Below, piece after piece: positions 9,136-19,101 of a DNA stretch of 64,000 bases (positions within the stretch are counted from its first letter, which is position 1; each line of letters opens with the position of its first letter). Source of the DNA: Myxococcota bacterium (GTDB lineage: Bacteria; Myxococcota_A; UBA796; GCA-2862545). The notes below the pieces were generated by a model. That model did no database searches, was not told where the DNA came from, and saw only the letters and a list, made by a program, of their open reading frames with translations. Made by a program: the position numbers and the translations under genes. The stretch spans positions 1-64,000 of the forward strand of contig JAWKRQ010000039.1 of NCBI GenBank assembly GCA_041389545.1, written 5' to 3'.

Positions 9136-12100
9136 CCCTCGCGGACGCCGTCCGCGAGGTCGTTGACGGCCCCCGCCACCGAGCGCTTCAGCGCGGCGAC
9201 GAAGGCCTGGTGCTCGGCCTCGCTCAGGTGCCCCCGCGCGACGGTGGCCATGTGCACCGTCAGCCGCTCGATGACCGAGAGCGCGGCGGCGAGCGTGGTG
9301 GCGTCGCCGCGGGGCTGGACCCGCGGGCCGTCGCCGAGCGCGGCGCGGACCTGGGCGAGGAGCAGGCGCCGTGCGTGGCCGAGCTCGTCGGGGACCTCGG
9401 GGTCGTGGCCGTTGGGCGCCGCCGGGCGGGCGTCGAGCGCGGCGCGGATGGCGCGCAGCTCGCCGAGGACGGCCTGCAGCCCCGGATCGGGCGCCGGCGG
9501 CGCGGGCGCCCACGCGGCGAGCGCGTCCACCAGCGGCCCGGTGCGGTCCTGCGCCAGCGCCGCGGCGATGTCGGTGAGCGCGCCCGTCACCCGGCTCGCG
9601 GGGTCGCCGTCGCCCTGCATCCGGCGCCGCCGGAACGCGGCGCGGATCTCGGCCCAGCGCGCCGCCTCGGCCTCCGTGAGCGTCCCGCGCAGCTCGCCGA
9701 GCCGCAGCAGGTTGGCCTCCGCGCCCGTGGTGAGCGTCTGCGCCTCGCTGCGGTAGTGGTCGGTGACGAGCGCGTCCACCTCGTCGGCCTCCATGACGGG
9801 CACGACCTTCTCGCACAGCTTGTTCAGGTTCCGGTAGCTGCCCTGCAGCTGGAAGCGCGGCTCCGTCCGATAGGCGTCCTCCATCGCCGCGGAGCGGATG
9901 TACTCGGCGTTCACCTGCAGCAGGACGCGCTGGCAGCGCATCAGGTGCCGCAGGACGGCCAGCATCTCGCCGCGGACGGCCGCCCCGTCGTCGACCGACA
10001 GCCCGTCGGCAGCGACGTCCTCCCCGCGCGCCATGCGCACCAGCGCGAGCAGGTCGGCGCTCGGCCGGGCGGCGAGCGGCGCCAGCACGGGGTTGCTCGT
10101 GACGGCGTTCTCGAGGAACGAGAGCGCGAACTGCTCCTCGCGGCCCGACAGCACGTCGCCGAGGTTGTAGGTGTCGGCGCGGTTCGCGAGCATGTCGGGG
10201 AGGGTGAAGCGCGCGCCCGCCTCGGTGTACGGGTTGCCCGCCATCACGACGCAGAACTTCTTCCCGCGCAGGTCGTAGGTCCGGGTCCGCCCCTGCCAGA
10301 CCCCCTCGATGCGCCGCTGGCCGTCGCACAGGCTGATGAACTTCTGCAGCAGCTCGGGGTGGCAGTGCTGGATGTCGTCCAGGTAGAGCATGACGTTGTT
10401 GCCCATCTCGAGGGCGAACCCGATGCGCTCGATCTCCTGGCGCGCCGTCCGGTCGGGTGCCTCGGCCGGGTCGAGGCTCGTCACGCCGTGGCCGATGGCC
10501 GGGCCGTTCACCTTGTCGAAGGTGAGGCCGAGCCGGTGCGCGACGTACTCCATCAGCGTGGTCTTGCCGTAGCCGGGGGGCGAGACGAGCAGCAGCAGGC
10601 CCATCAGGTCGGTGCGCCGGGCGGCGCCGGCCGCGCCGAGCTGCTTGGCGAGGTTGTCGCCGACGAGCGGCAGGTACACCTGGTCCACGAGCTGGTTGCG
10701 CACGAACGAGCTCATCACCTTGGGGCGAGCTCCGACAGCCGCAGCGTCTCGCGCCAGGCGGCGAGGACCTCGGCGCGGGCGTCGCGGAAGGCGCGGAACC
10801 GGGACGGTGACGGCGACGAAGCGCTCGAGCGTGGCCAGGAAGGCGTCGAGGCGCACGTGCAGCGCGCCCTCGCGGACGGTGAGGTGCTGGCCGAGCAGCC
10901 CGGTCACCTCGAGGTGGCCGCCGCCGGGCCGCACGTCCGCGGCGAGGTGGCCGACGTGGCGGACGCTGCGCAGGGCGGCGGCCTCCAGGCCGAGCTCGGG
11001 GTCGGCGTCGGTGCGGCGGGCGTAGGCGTCGAGCCAGGCCCGCAGCAGGGCGAAGCGCTCGGCCTCGCCGAGCGGGCGCAGCGCGTCGTCGAGGGCGGCG
11101 CGGCCGCCGTGCTCGTCGAGCCAGGCGTCGAGGCCGCGGTCGAGGGCGTCGGCGGCGTCGGTGAAGGCGAAGCGTGCGGCGTCTCGCCCGAGCACCTCCA
11201 CCAGCACGCGGCCGGCGGCGGGCGCGGCGGGGACGAGGTCCACGGCGAAGCCCTCGGCGAAGGCGCCCGCGCGGTCGGCGAGGCTCGGCGCACAGCCGCT
11301 CCAGCGCGGCGGACGGGCCGAGCGCCGTGCGCAGCTGGACGAGCGAGCGGCTGCGCGCGCGCCACTAGCTCGCGGTCGCCGGCGGGGGCGTGGGCCCAGC
11401 ACAGCGCCGCCAGGGCGCGCGCGGCGGGGCCGAAGGCGAGGAGATCGGCCGTGCGCCGGGCGTCGGCCAGGGCGACGAGGATGCGCGCAGCGTCGTGGTC
11501 GTGGACGCCGCGGTCGTAGCCCTCGTCGTAGCGCTGGGCGGCGGCGGCGCGGATGTGGACCAGCGCCTCGTCTTCGCCGCTCACGTCGGGGTGGTCGGCG
11601 TACACGGCGTAGGCCAGGTAGGAGGCCCGGTACACGGCCTCGTCCTCGGAGACGAGCGCCTGGTGCCAGTGCGGGCGGCCCGCCTCCAGCCGGGGGTCGT
11701 CGATCGGCTGGAGGAAGTCCGTGCCGGTGAGGTGAAGCGCGAGCGCGTCTCCGTGCGGGAGCAGCGTGAGGTCCAGCGGGCGAGTGTTTACCGTGAAACG
11801 GTGCTTGCCGAAGCGGACAGTCCCATCCGCATCGAACAGCTCCAGGGCGTCGCGGAGGCCGCGGAGCGCGTCCTGGCGGGCCGTCTTGAGGCGGGCCTCG
11901 ATCTCGTCGCTGCGGACGGTCTCGCCGAGCGTGGCCAGGTCGCGCGCCAGCTTGCGGACCTTGTCCACCATCGGGTCGGCCGCGAACCAGGCTGCGAGCT
12001 CGGCCTCGTCGCGGAAGGCGCGGGCGCGGCGGGCCACGCCCTCGAGGATGCGGTCGGCCGCCTGCGCCAGGGCGCCGGCGCGGCGCTGGCGCTCCTCGAG

Positions 12101-14380
12101 CAGCGTCTGCTTGCGCGCCTCGAACGCCTCGACCAGCTCCTCGCGCTGCTGGGCGAGCTGGGGGAGGAAGTCGTCCACGTCGCCGAAGCGGCCCTCCAGC
12201 TCCTCGAGCTGCAGCAGCACGCGCGACAGCTGCTCGTCGCAGGCCTCCGGCGTCGGCGACGACGCCAGCGCCGCCGCGATCCGCTGGGTCAGCAGCTTGA
12301 GCTGCGCGCCGAACTCGGCGCGGCCCTCGCTCGCCCGCAGCGTGCGCACGCGGCCGTCGAGCACGGCGCGCCCGCGGTTCGCGTGGGCCGCCACCTCGCC
12401 GATGCGCTCGAGGATCGCCGTCTTCGCGGTGGCGTCCTCCACGTCGAGCCCGGCGACGACCTCGCCCAGCGCCGCCACCCCGTCGCTCGCGGCCACCAGG
12501 CGCTCGCCGAGCTCGGCCAGCGCGTGGGCGCGGTCGGCGCCCTCGCCTGCGGCCACCAGCGAGTCGATCTCGTCGCGCAGGGGCTGCAGCGCCTCCTCGC
12601 GGGCCAGGAACCGCACCGCCTCGCGCCCCACGCGCTCGGTGCGCTCGGCGACCTCGGCCTCCAGCGCGTCCAGGCGCTCCACGTCGACGTAGCGCACGTC
12701 CCGCAGCGTGATCAGCCGCCCGCGGTGCACGCGCAGGCGGTTCATCGCGCCGACGAAGGCGTCGACCTCGCGGAAGTACTCGGGCTGCACGTCCGACAGG
12801 ACCCTGGCGTGGGCGGCCTCCGCGGCCGCGAGCTGCTCGGCCGCGGCGCGCTCCAGCGCCACCACCTTGTCGAACTCGTCGACCACGCGCTCGGCCGTGC
12901 GCCGCGCCTCGTCGGCCAGGCCGCGCAGGTCGCCCACCTCGGCGCCGGCCCAGGCGTGGGCGTCGCCGAAGCGCTGGCAGGCCGCGACGAGGGCCTCGTA
13001 GCCGGGGCGGGTGGGGCGCTGGCTGCGGATCTGGCGGACCAGCGTGAAGGCGTCCGACACGCAGCGCACGAGGCCCTGGTTGCCGATGCGCATCAGCAGC
13101 GAGCCGTCGTTCGGCAGCGCGCGGTGGTGCTCGGCCGAGACGAACGGCGTGGACCAGATCTGCGCCGGGTGCAGCCGCGTGGGCTCGGGGTCGGCGCGGA
13201 AGGCGACCAGCGTGCCGTCGTCGAGCAGGGACCAGCCGTGGGCCAGGATCGGGGTGTCGAGCTCCTGGCGCACCAGGTTGTACGGGTACAGGGCGTACAG
13301 GCCGTCGTCGGGGCGGAAGAAGACGTACAGCACGTCCTCGCCGTTGGGCGACGCGACCGTGCGGACCAGCTGGAGCCCCTCCGTCTCGGTGTCGAAGGCC
13401 TTGAGCTCGCCCGTGGCGAGGTACAGGCCGCCCGGGAAGACCAGGCCGTGGTCGTCGGGCAGCGAGGCGCAGCTGTGGCCCAGGGCGTCGACCCGCACGA
13501 CCTGGCGGACGGCCGGGTTGTAGACGAGGTAGCGGAAGGCGGCCTCGCCGTAGGGCTTGACCTTGAGGAGCACGAGGTTGCCGCGCTTCGCGTACTGGAT
13601 GTCGGCGTCGTCGAGCGACTGGCGCGGGTCGTCGACCGGCTCGCGCCAGATGCCGCGGCCGTCCTCGGTGTTGTCCTCGATCTTGACGGTGAGGTCGCCG
13701 CCCACCGTCTCCACGAACACGGTGTCGAGGACGTTGACGTGGGGGTGCCGCCCCACGACGTGGTCGTCGCGGGTGGTGCGGGTCCAGGCGAAGTCGTGGG
13801 TCGGGGGGAAGGTGTGGTCGCGCTCGCCGCGGGCGTCGAGGTAGGTGATCCGGCCGCCCGGGTCGACGGCCCAGCGGAAGACGCGCACGTCGCGGGCGCT
13901 GTGGCCCACGCGCACCACGGCGAGCAGCTTGCCGTCCACCACGCGCAGCTGGACGAGGCGCGGGTCCTTGTAGACCTCGCACAGCTCGTCGAAGTCGCGC
14001 AGGAAGGCGCGGTCCTGGAGGAACGCGAGGCGCCGCTCGTCGGTGACGGCGCCGAAGGCGAAGCCGGCCTCGGTGCGGGTGAAGCCGTGCAGCGACAGCA
14101 TGTCGGCGACGGACAGCTTGCGCTTGAGGCCGAGGAAGACGTTGTAGCCGAGCAGCAGGTCGCCGCCGAGCTGCACGATGTCGGCGGCGACGCTGTTGTT
14201 GTCGGTGCCGATGCGCTCGTGGCCGAGCAGGGTGAGGCCGGTGGTGCCGAACCGCTCGGCGCGGCGGGCGTTCAGGGCCTCGGCGGCCTGCTGGAGGCGG
14301 TCGCCGGTGGCCTGGAGGCGCCGCTGGATGACCTCGTAGTTGCCGCCCTCGACGGTGCCTGCGGCGAGCGCGTCGGACAT
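9114..14380 (-). CDS. Giant multidomain protein of about 1755 aa: an N-terminal beta-rich domain of about 480 aa, a coiled-coil region of about 500 aa, and a C-terminal MoxR/ChlI-class AAA+ ATPase with an alpha-helical tail. One apparent frameshift near 11300-11400; it could alternatively be two genes.
   Basis: ATG at 14380 with GGAG upstream. Walker A is VSPPGYGKTT, Walker B is VMLYLDDIQHCHPELLQ, sensor/arginine region is CVVMAGNPYTEAG...LPDMLANRADTY (compare MoxR ATQNPIE..LP.A.LDRF). Long heptad-like E/R/A/L stretches lie upstream. The 3' end overlaps the convergent HEAT lipoprotein gene by about 20 bp. Confidence 0.6.
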
Positions 14381-14439
14381 GGACTGGGACTCCGGAGTGA
14401 GTGGGGGTGGGAGGGGGTGGGAGTGAGGGAGTGGGCCCG

Positions 14440-14650
14440 GGGCGGATCTGCCTCCGGGCCAGGATGAATTCAGGTCGGGCCCGATCCGCTTCCGGTGCCT
14501 CGACATCCGGCGGACCAGGGCGACTCTCGCCCGGCGTCCCCCGATGGGCCCGGCACCGATCTGCCTCCGCAACAGGATGAATTCAGGTCGGGCCGGATCT
14601 GCTTCCGGTCGGGCCGGATCTGCTTCCGGCGCAGATCCGGCCGCACCCGG
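14440..14650. repeat. Intergenic direct repeats: two copies of about 50 bp with a CAGGATGAATTCAGGTCGGGCC core roughly 100 bp apart, plus tandem CGGGCCGGATCTGCTTCCGGT x2
   Basis: GATCTGCCTCCG..CAGGATGAATTCAGGTCGGGCC(C/G)GATC(C/T)GCTTCCGG occurs at about 14446 and about 14548. They lie between the flotillin stop and the giant gene start. GAATTC-containing A/T-richer cores stand out in the 72% GC background. Confidence 0.6.
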
Positions 14651-16800
14651 CTACTTCGCCTCGGGCGTCCCGAGGTCGGCCGCCTCGCCGACCCCGTTGC
14701 TGCTCACCGCGTCGCGCACGTCGCGCAGCGCGTCGCCGAGCGTGCGGCTCCCCGACAGGTAGGGCGCCAGCGCCGCCTGCGCGACGCTCGAAGTTCGCCA
14801 GGAACCCGTCCACCATGTTCCCCACCGACGCCGCCTGGACGAACTTGTCGAGGAACTGCCCGTCGCCGCCGACGATCTTGATGTCGGCCTTGCCGAAGGC
14901 CTCGGCCAGCACCTTCGCCTGGGCCTCACCGAGCACCCGCTGCGCCTCGAAGCGTGGCCACGCGCACCCGCTCGTCCCGCTCGAGCTGCAGGCGGAACTC
15001 CTCGTGCTCCCGCGCCGCGCCCTGCAGCTTCTGCATGGCCTCGAGCTTCGCCGCGAGCCCCGTGGCCTCGGCCTTGCGCTGCTCCAGCATCGCCGCCGCC
15101 TCGGCCTCGCCGCGCGCCCGGACGGCCGCCGCCTCCGCGGTGCGCCCCTCCGCCTCGGCCACCAGCTTCAGCCGCGTGGCCTCGGCCTCGGCCGCGCCGT
15201 AGCGCGCCACGGCCTCGGCCTCGGCCACCCGCCCGGTCGCCTCGGCCTCCATCCGCCGGCGCACGACCTGCGCCTCGACCTCGCCCGGCTGGTCGAGCAC
15301 CCGCACCCGGGCGAGCCCCTGCTCCTCCTCACCCCGAGCCACGGCCTGCATCCGCTCGAGCTCGACCCGCGCCATCGCGAGCCCCTCCTTCTCGAGGGCC
15401 AGCGCGTTGGCCTCCTTGACCCGCACCTGCGCGAGCCCGGTGGCCGCCTGCTCGGCCTGCACGCCCTCGGCGACCCGGATCTTCGCCTTGGCCGTCTTCT
15501 CCGCGGCGTCGAGCTCGGCCGTCGCCGCGATCAGGCGCTGCTTGGCCGTGTGCTCCGCCACGCGCTCCTGCGCCTCGGCCTCCTTGATGGCCTGCACCAT
15601 CGCCTGCTCGGCCGCGGCCTGCGCGTCGATGACGGTCACGTCCTTGCGCCGGTTCGCGTCGGCGGTGGCGCGCAGGTCCTTGATGCGCTCCTCCTCCTCG
15701 GCGACGTGCTTGTCGACGGCGATGCGCCCCCGCACCACGTCGGCGATCTCCTTGCGCTTGACCTCGAGCTCCATCTCCTTGTCGATCTCCTGCCGCTCGA
15801 CCTCTCGCTGGCGCGCGATCACCTCGAGCTCGCGGTCGCGGTCGACCTGCTCCTGCTTGACGGCCAGCACCCGCGCCTTGTCCTGCTCCGCCGTCTGCAC
15901 CTGGCGCGCCTTGGCGACGGCCTGGATCTCGATCTCCTCCTCGGCCTTGAGCCGCGCGAGCTCGGAGCGCTGCGTCTCCTCGGCCTGCACCTTCGCCGTC
16001 TCGGCCGCCTCGCGCGCCTTCACCGTCGCGATCTCGCGCTGCTGGCGTGCCTCGGCGTCGGCGCGGCGCCGCTCGAGCTCGAGGATGGCCTCGTCGGCCT
16101 CGAGGTTCTGCCGGGTCAGCGCCTTGCGCTCCTGCTGCCGCAGGTCGTTCGTCAGCTGGTTCTGCTGCGCCGTGATCTCGGTGATCTTCCGGATGCCGCG
16201 CGCGTCGAGGATGTTGTCCTTGTCGAGCTCCTCGATCGAGGTCTGCTCGAGGTAGTCGATGGCCACGTCCTCGAGCACGTAGCCGTTGAGGTCGCGCCCG
16301 ATGACCTCGATGATCCGGTCCTTGAACTCCTCGCGGCGGACGTACAGATCCTCGAAGTCGAGCTGCTTGCCGACCGTCTTCAGGGCCTCCGAGAACTTGG
16401 CGGCGAACAGCTCCTCGAGCGTCTCCTGCTTGCTCGCCCGCTCGCAGCCGATGGCCTGCGCCACCTTGAGCACGTCCTCCTTGGTCTTGTTGACGCGGAC
16501 GAAGAAGGCGACCTTGATGTCGGCCCGGATGTTGTCCTGGCAGATGAGGCCGTCCTTGCCGGCCCGCGCGATGACCATCGACTTCACGGAGATGTCCATC
16601 ACCTCCGCCTTGTTGATGACGGGGTAGACCACCTGCCCGGTGAAGGTCACCACGGGCTCGCCGCGCATGGTGTTGACGATGAGGGCGCGCCCCTGGTCGA
16701 CCTTGCGGTAGAAGCGCACGATCACGCTGGCGGCGCCGACGAGCGCCAGGAACAGGAACGCCGCTGCCGCGAACAGCAGCAGGAACGTCAGGAACGACAC
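14651..16800 (-). CDS. Flotillin-like SPFH/band-7 protein; the last roughly 90 codons are in a different frame (apparent frameshift near 14930)
   Basis: GTG start with GGAGG 7 nt upstream. The N-terminal TM segment is VSFLTFLLLFAAAAFLFLALV. The SPFH core is followed by a long E/A/R/Q coiled coil typical of flotillins. The C-terminal ...GVGEAADLGTPEAK lies in a second frame. Confidence 0.7.
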
Positions 16801-16802
16801 AG

Positions 16803-17545
16803 TCAACCTCCGTGCGGGTGGGTGGTGGGGAGCGCCTCGACGACGAACGCCTCGCGCCGCGGATCGAACGCGACCACGAGGGCTTCGGCGCCGCGCCGCA
16901 GCCCGGTGTCGGGCTGGTCGCAGCGGACCTGGACGAGCAGCTCGTCGCCGTCGACGGTGAGCCGCGCCTGGCCGAACCGGGCGTCGACCCGGCCGGTGGT
17001 GATCTCGGCGGCCTCGCCGAGCAGGGCCTCGCGGCTGCGCGCGTGGGCGACGCGGAACAGGGGCTCGAGCGGGCGGGTGGCGACCCGCGCGCCGAGCGCG
17101 CCGAGCAGCACGGCCGCTGCCCAGGTGGCGGGCGGCGGCGAGCGGGGGACGGACAGCCGCGCCGCCAGCGCGCCGCCCACGGCCACGGCGAAGGCGCAGG
17201 CCGCGAACACCGTGATCCAGACGGTGAGCGGGACGCGGCCGAGCCGGAGCGCGGACGCGAGGGCGGCCAGCAGGCCGAGCCCTCGACGGCCTCGGCGGCC
17301 GCTTCGCCCGCGGCGTCGCCGGCGCCGTCGAGGGCGCCGTCGAGGGTCCCGTCGAGGGCGCCGTCCACGGCTGCGTCGACGGCGCCGTCGACCGCGCCGT
17401 CCAGGGCCCCGTCGGCGCCGTCGCCGAGGTCGATGCCCGTGAGCAGGGTGAACGCCCAGTACACGACGACCAGCCCCACCAGCAGGGCGAACGGGACGAC
17501 GGCCGGGTGGGTGGAGATCGCGACGACGTCGAGCAGCGCCTGCAT
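16803..17545 (-). CDS. NfeD-like membrane protein (flotillin partner) with one apparent frameshift near 17270
   Basis: N-terminal TM segments (MQALLDVVAISTHPAVVPFALLVGLVVVYWAF) are followed by a (GALD)n-like repeat. Then in another frame come TM segments and a C-terminal OB-fold-like EAAEITTGRVDARFGQARLTVDGDELLVQVRCDQP. It lies immediately upstream of the flotillin gene. Confidence 0.55.
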
Positions 17546-17811
17546 GGGGACCGTTTCCGTGGTTTGACCATGGGTACGGGGGACCGGGTCGGATCATTTC
17601 GACCCCCCGGTCGCATTTCCGACCCCTGCGCCCGTCTCTCCTTCCCCCTTGCTTTTTGCCCGTGCCCCGCCCCGGACGGGCTCGCGCCGAATTGTGCTGA
17701 CGGGCGAAAGGGGACTATTGACGGGCAGGCGCTGAGCAGATCTGGCGACGATGCCCGCTGGCTGCGCCTGACCGACAGGGTCCCCCGCCCGGCGGCACCG
17801 TAGCCATTGAC

Positions 17812-17870
17812 GCGATCGCGCCCGACGCGTTTCCGTCAATTGACGGAAAGGCGCCCGACGCGTTTCCGTC
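17812..17870. promoter_or_regulatory. Candidate operator: a 20-bp perfect palindrome TTTCCGTCAATTGACGGAAA (17829..17848) embedded in two tandem copies of GCGCCCGACGCGTTTCCGTCAATTG
   Basis: The perfect dyad symmetry centres on AATT. A half-site is repeated 34 bp downstream. The site is AT-richer than its surroundings and sits in a long non-coding region. Confidence 0.4.
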
Positions 17871-18985
17871 AATTGCGCGAGCAAAGCCGATGGGGCTTCC
17901 CCGATTCCTGCTCCGTTCACGAGGTTGCTCCTCCGTGACCAGGAATCGGGAAGCCATTTCGGCGCGCACGCGCCCGTAGTAATTGCATCCGTCGCCGGCG
18001 GACGCCGCGGGAAGCAAGCCGGGTCGAGTGAGACACCCGAGGGAGGTATGCCCCCCTCGATCGCACAGTTGGAGCCGTTTCTGGGGGGTGGGGGAGGTGG
18101 GAGCGCTCGAGACTGACGGTTGGATCGTGGCGGCGCGCGCGGGGTGTGCGATCGAGGGGGGGCTTCCCTCTCCGAGGTGTGCGATCCGAGCTGGCTTACC
18201 TGGGGGTAGCCGGGGTGAATCGTGAACCGGCGACGATGGGCGTGCAGTGCAGATCCGGCAGCGACGGCTGGCTACGCCCGACCGACAGGGCCCGCCCGCG
18301 CGGGCTCGCGCGAATTGCGCGAGCGGCGGCCGCGAATGCATGGCGGCGAGCCTCGGCAACGGCACCGCGGTCCGCCGGTTCCACCGCACGCGCGCCCGCG
18401 CAGGTCAGGCGCTGTTCGCCGTTGCGACGCTGTGCCGGACGGCGTTCACCGTTGGGAATCGGGCGGGTGGCGCGCCCGGGCCAGTCGCCGGCCTGCTCGG
18501 CCAGGCGCCGCAGGGCGTCGAGTGCCTGGCGGTGGTCGCCGATCTGCTCGAGCGCCTCGACGTAGGCCTTGCGCGCCCCGGACGCGTTGCCCGCCTTCTC
18601 CTGGATCTCGCGCAGGCGCCGAGCGGACCCGCCGACGATGCCCCCCCTGGCGACGCCCGCCCGCCAGGCCTCGCGGCGGCGCCGGTGCGGACCTCGTTAC
18701 GCCCAGCTTCGCACGCGCGAACGCCGGTCCCATCATGGCGCGACGGGAGCGCCACGCGACCGTGAGCTCGTGGGGGTGGAAGCTCGGCAAGCGGCCACAG
18801 CGCGCTCCCGTCGGCTCCGCTCGCGCAGAGGACGGAAACCCGTCGGGCGACAATTACTACGAGCGCGTGCGCGCCGAAATGGCTTCCCGATTCCTGGTCA
18901 CGCAGGAACGAACTCGTGAACGGAGCAGGAATCGGGGAAGCCCCATCGGCTTTGCTCGCGCAATGCGTCGTCGGGCGCAAGGGCA
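17846..18985. mobile_element. Candidate non-autonomous (MITE-like) element of about 1.1 kb bounded by near-identical inverted repeats of about 135 bp (17846..17985 and 18850..18985), with no intact internal ORF
   Basis: The right repeat is the reverse complement of the left with only a few mismatches and one short indel. Each arm itself contains a hairpin (CCCGATTCCTG...CAGGAATCGGG). The interior has only R/A-rich spurious ORFs and a possible TPR remnant. Additional partial repeats occur at 17730..17800 versus 18262..18330. Confidence 0.35.
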
Positions 18986-19042
18986 AGGGCAAGGGCAAGG
19001 GCAAGGGCAAGGGCAAGGGCAAGGGCAAGGGCAAGGGCAAGG
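18975..19042. repeat. Hexanucleotide microsatellite (GGCAAG), about 11 tandem copies, in the promoter/5' UTR of the downstream lipoprotein gene
   Basis: Perfect tandem GCAAGG units abut the right inverted repeat and end about 60 bp upstream of the ATG at 19102. In one frame they would encode (GK)n, but the true start is downstream at the signal peptide. Confidence 0.8.
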
Positions 19043-19101
19043 GCACGGGACCGTCACATCTCGATGCCGGCGCACCCGCCCCGCCGGACTACCAGGGACC
19101 C

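Noticed and set aside
9114-14380. Calling the giant gene an SMC/Rad50- or BREX BrxC-type defence ATPase
   Set aside because: There is no N-terminal Walker A and C-terminal signature split typical of SMC/Rad50. The single P-loop lies in the C-terminal third with MoxR/ChlI-like sensor motifs.
18146-18853. ORFs inside the inverted-repeat element (18146..18565 plus strand, 18446..18853 and 18196..18384 minus strand)
   Set aside because: They are Arg/Ala-rich with no start context. One minus-strand frame shows a short TPR-like stretch (LREIQEKAGNASGARKAYVEALEQIGDHRQALDALRRLAEQ) that may be a gene remnant but is not an intact CDS.
18916-19101. An N-terminal (Gly-Lys)n extension of the lipoprotein from ORF 18916..20118
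   Set aside because: The extension is encoded by the (GGCAAG)n microsatellite and precedes a canonical signal peptide/lipobox starting at 19102. Translation almost certainly starts at 19102.
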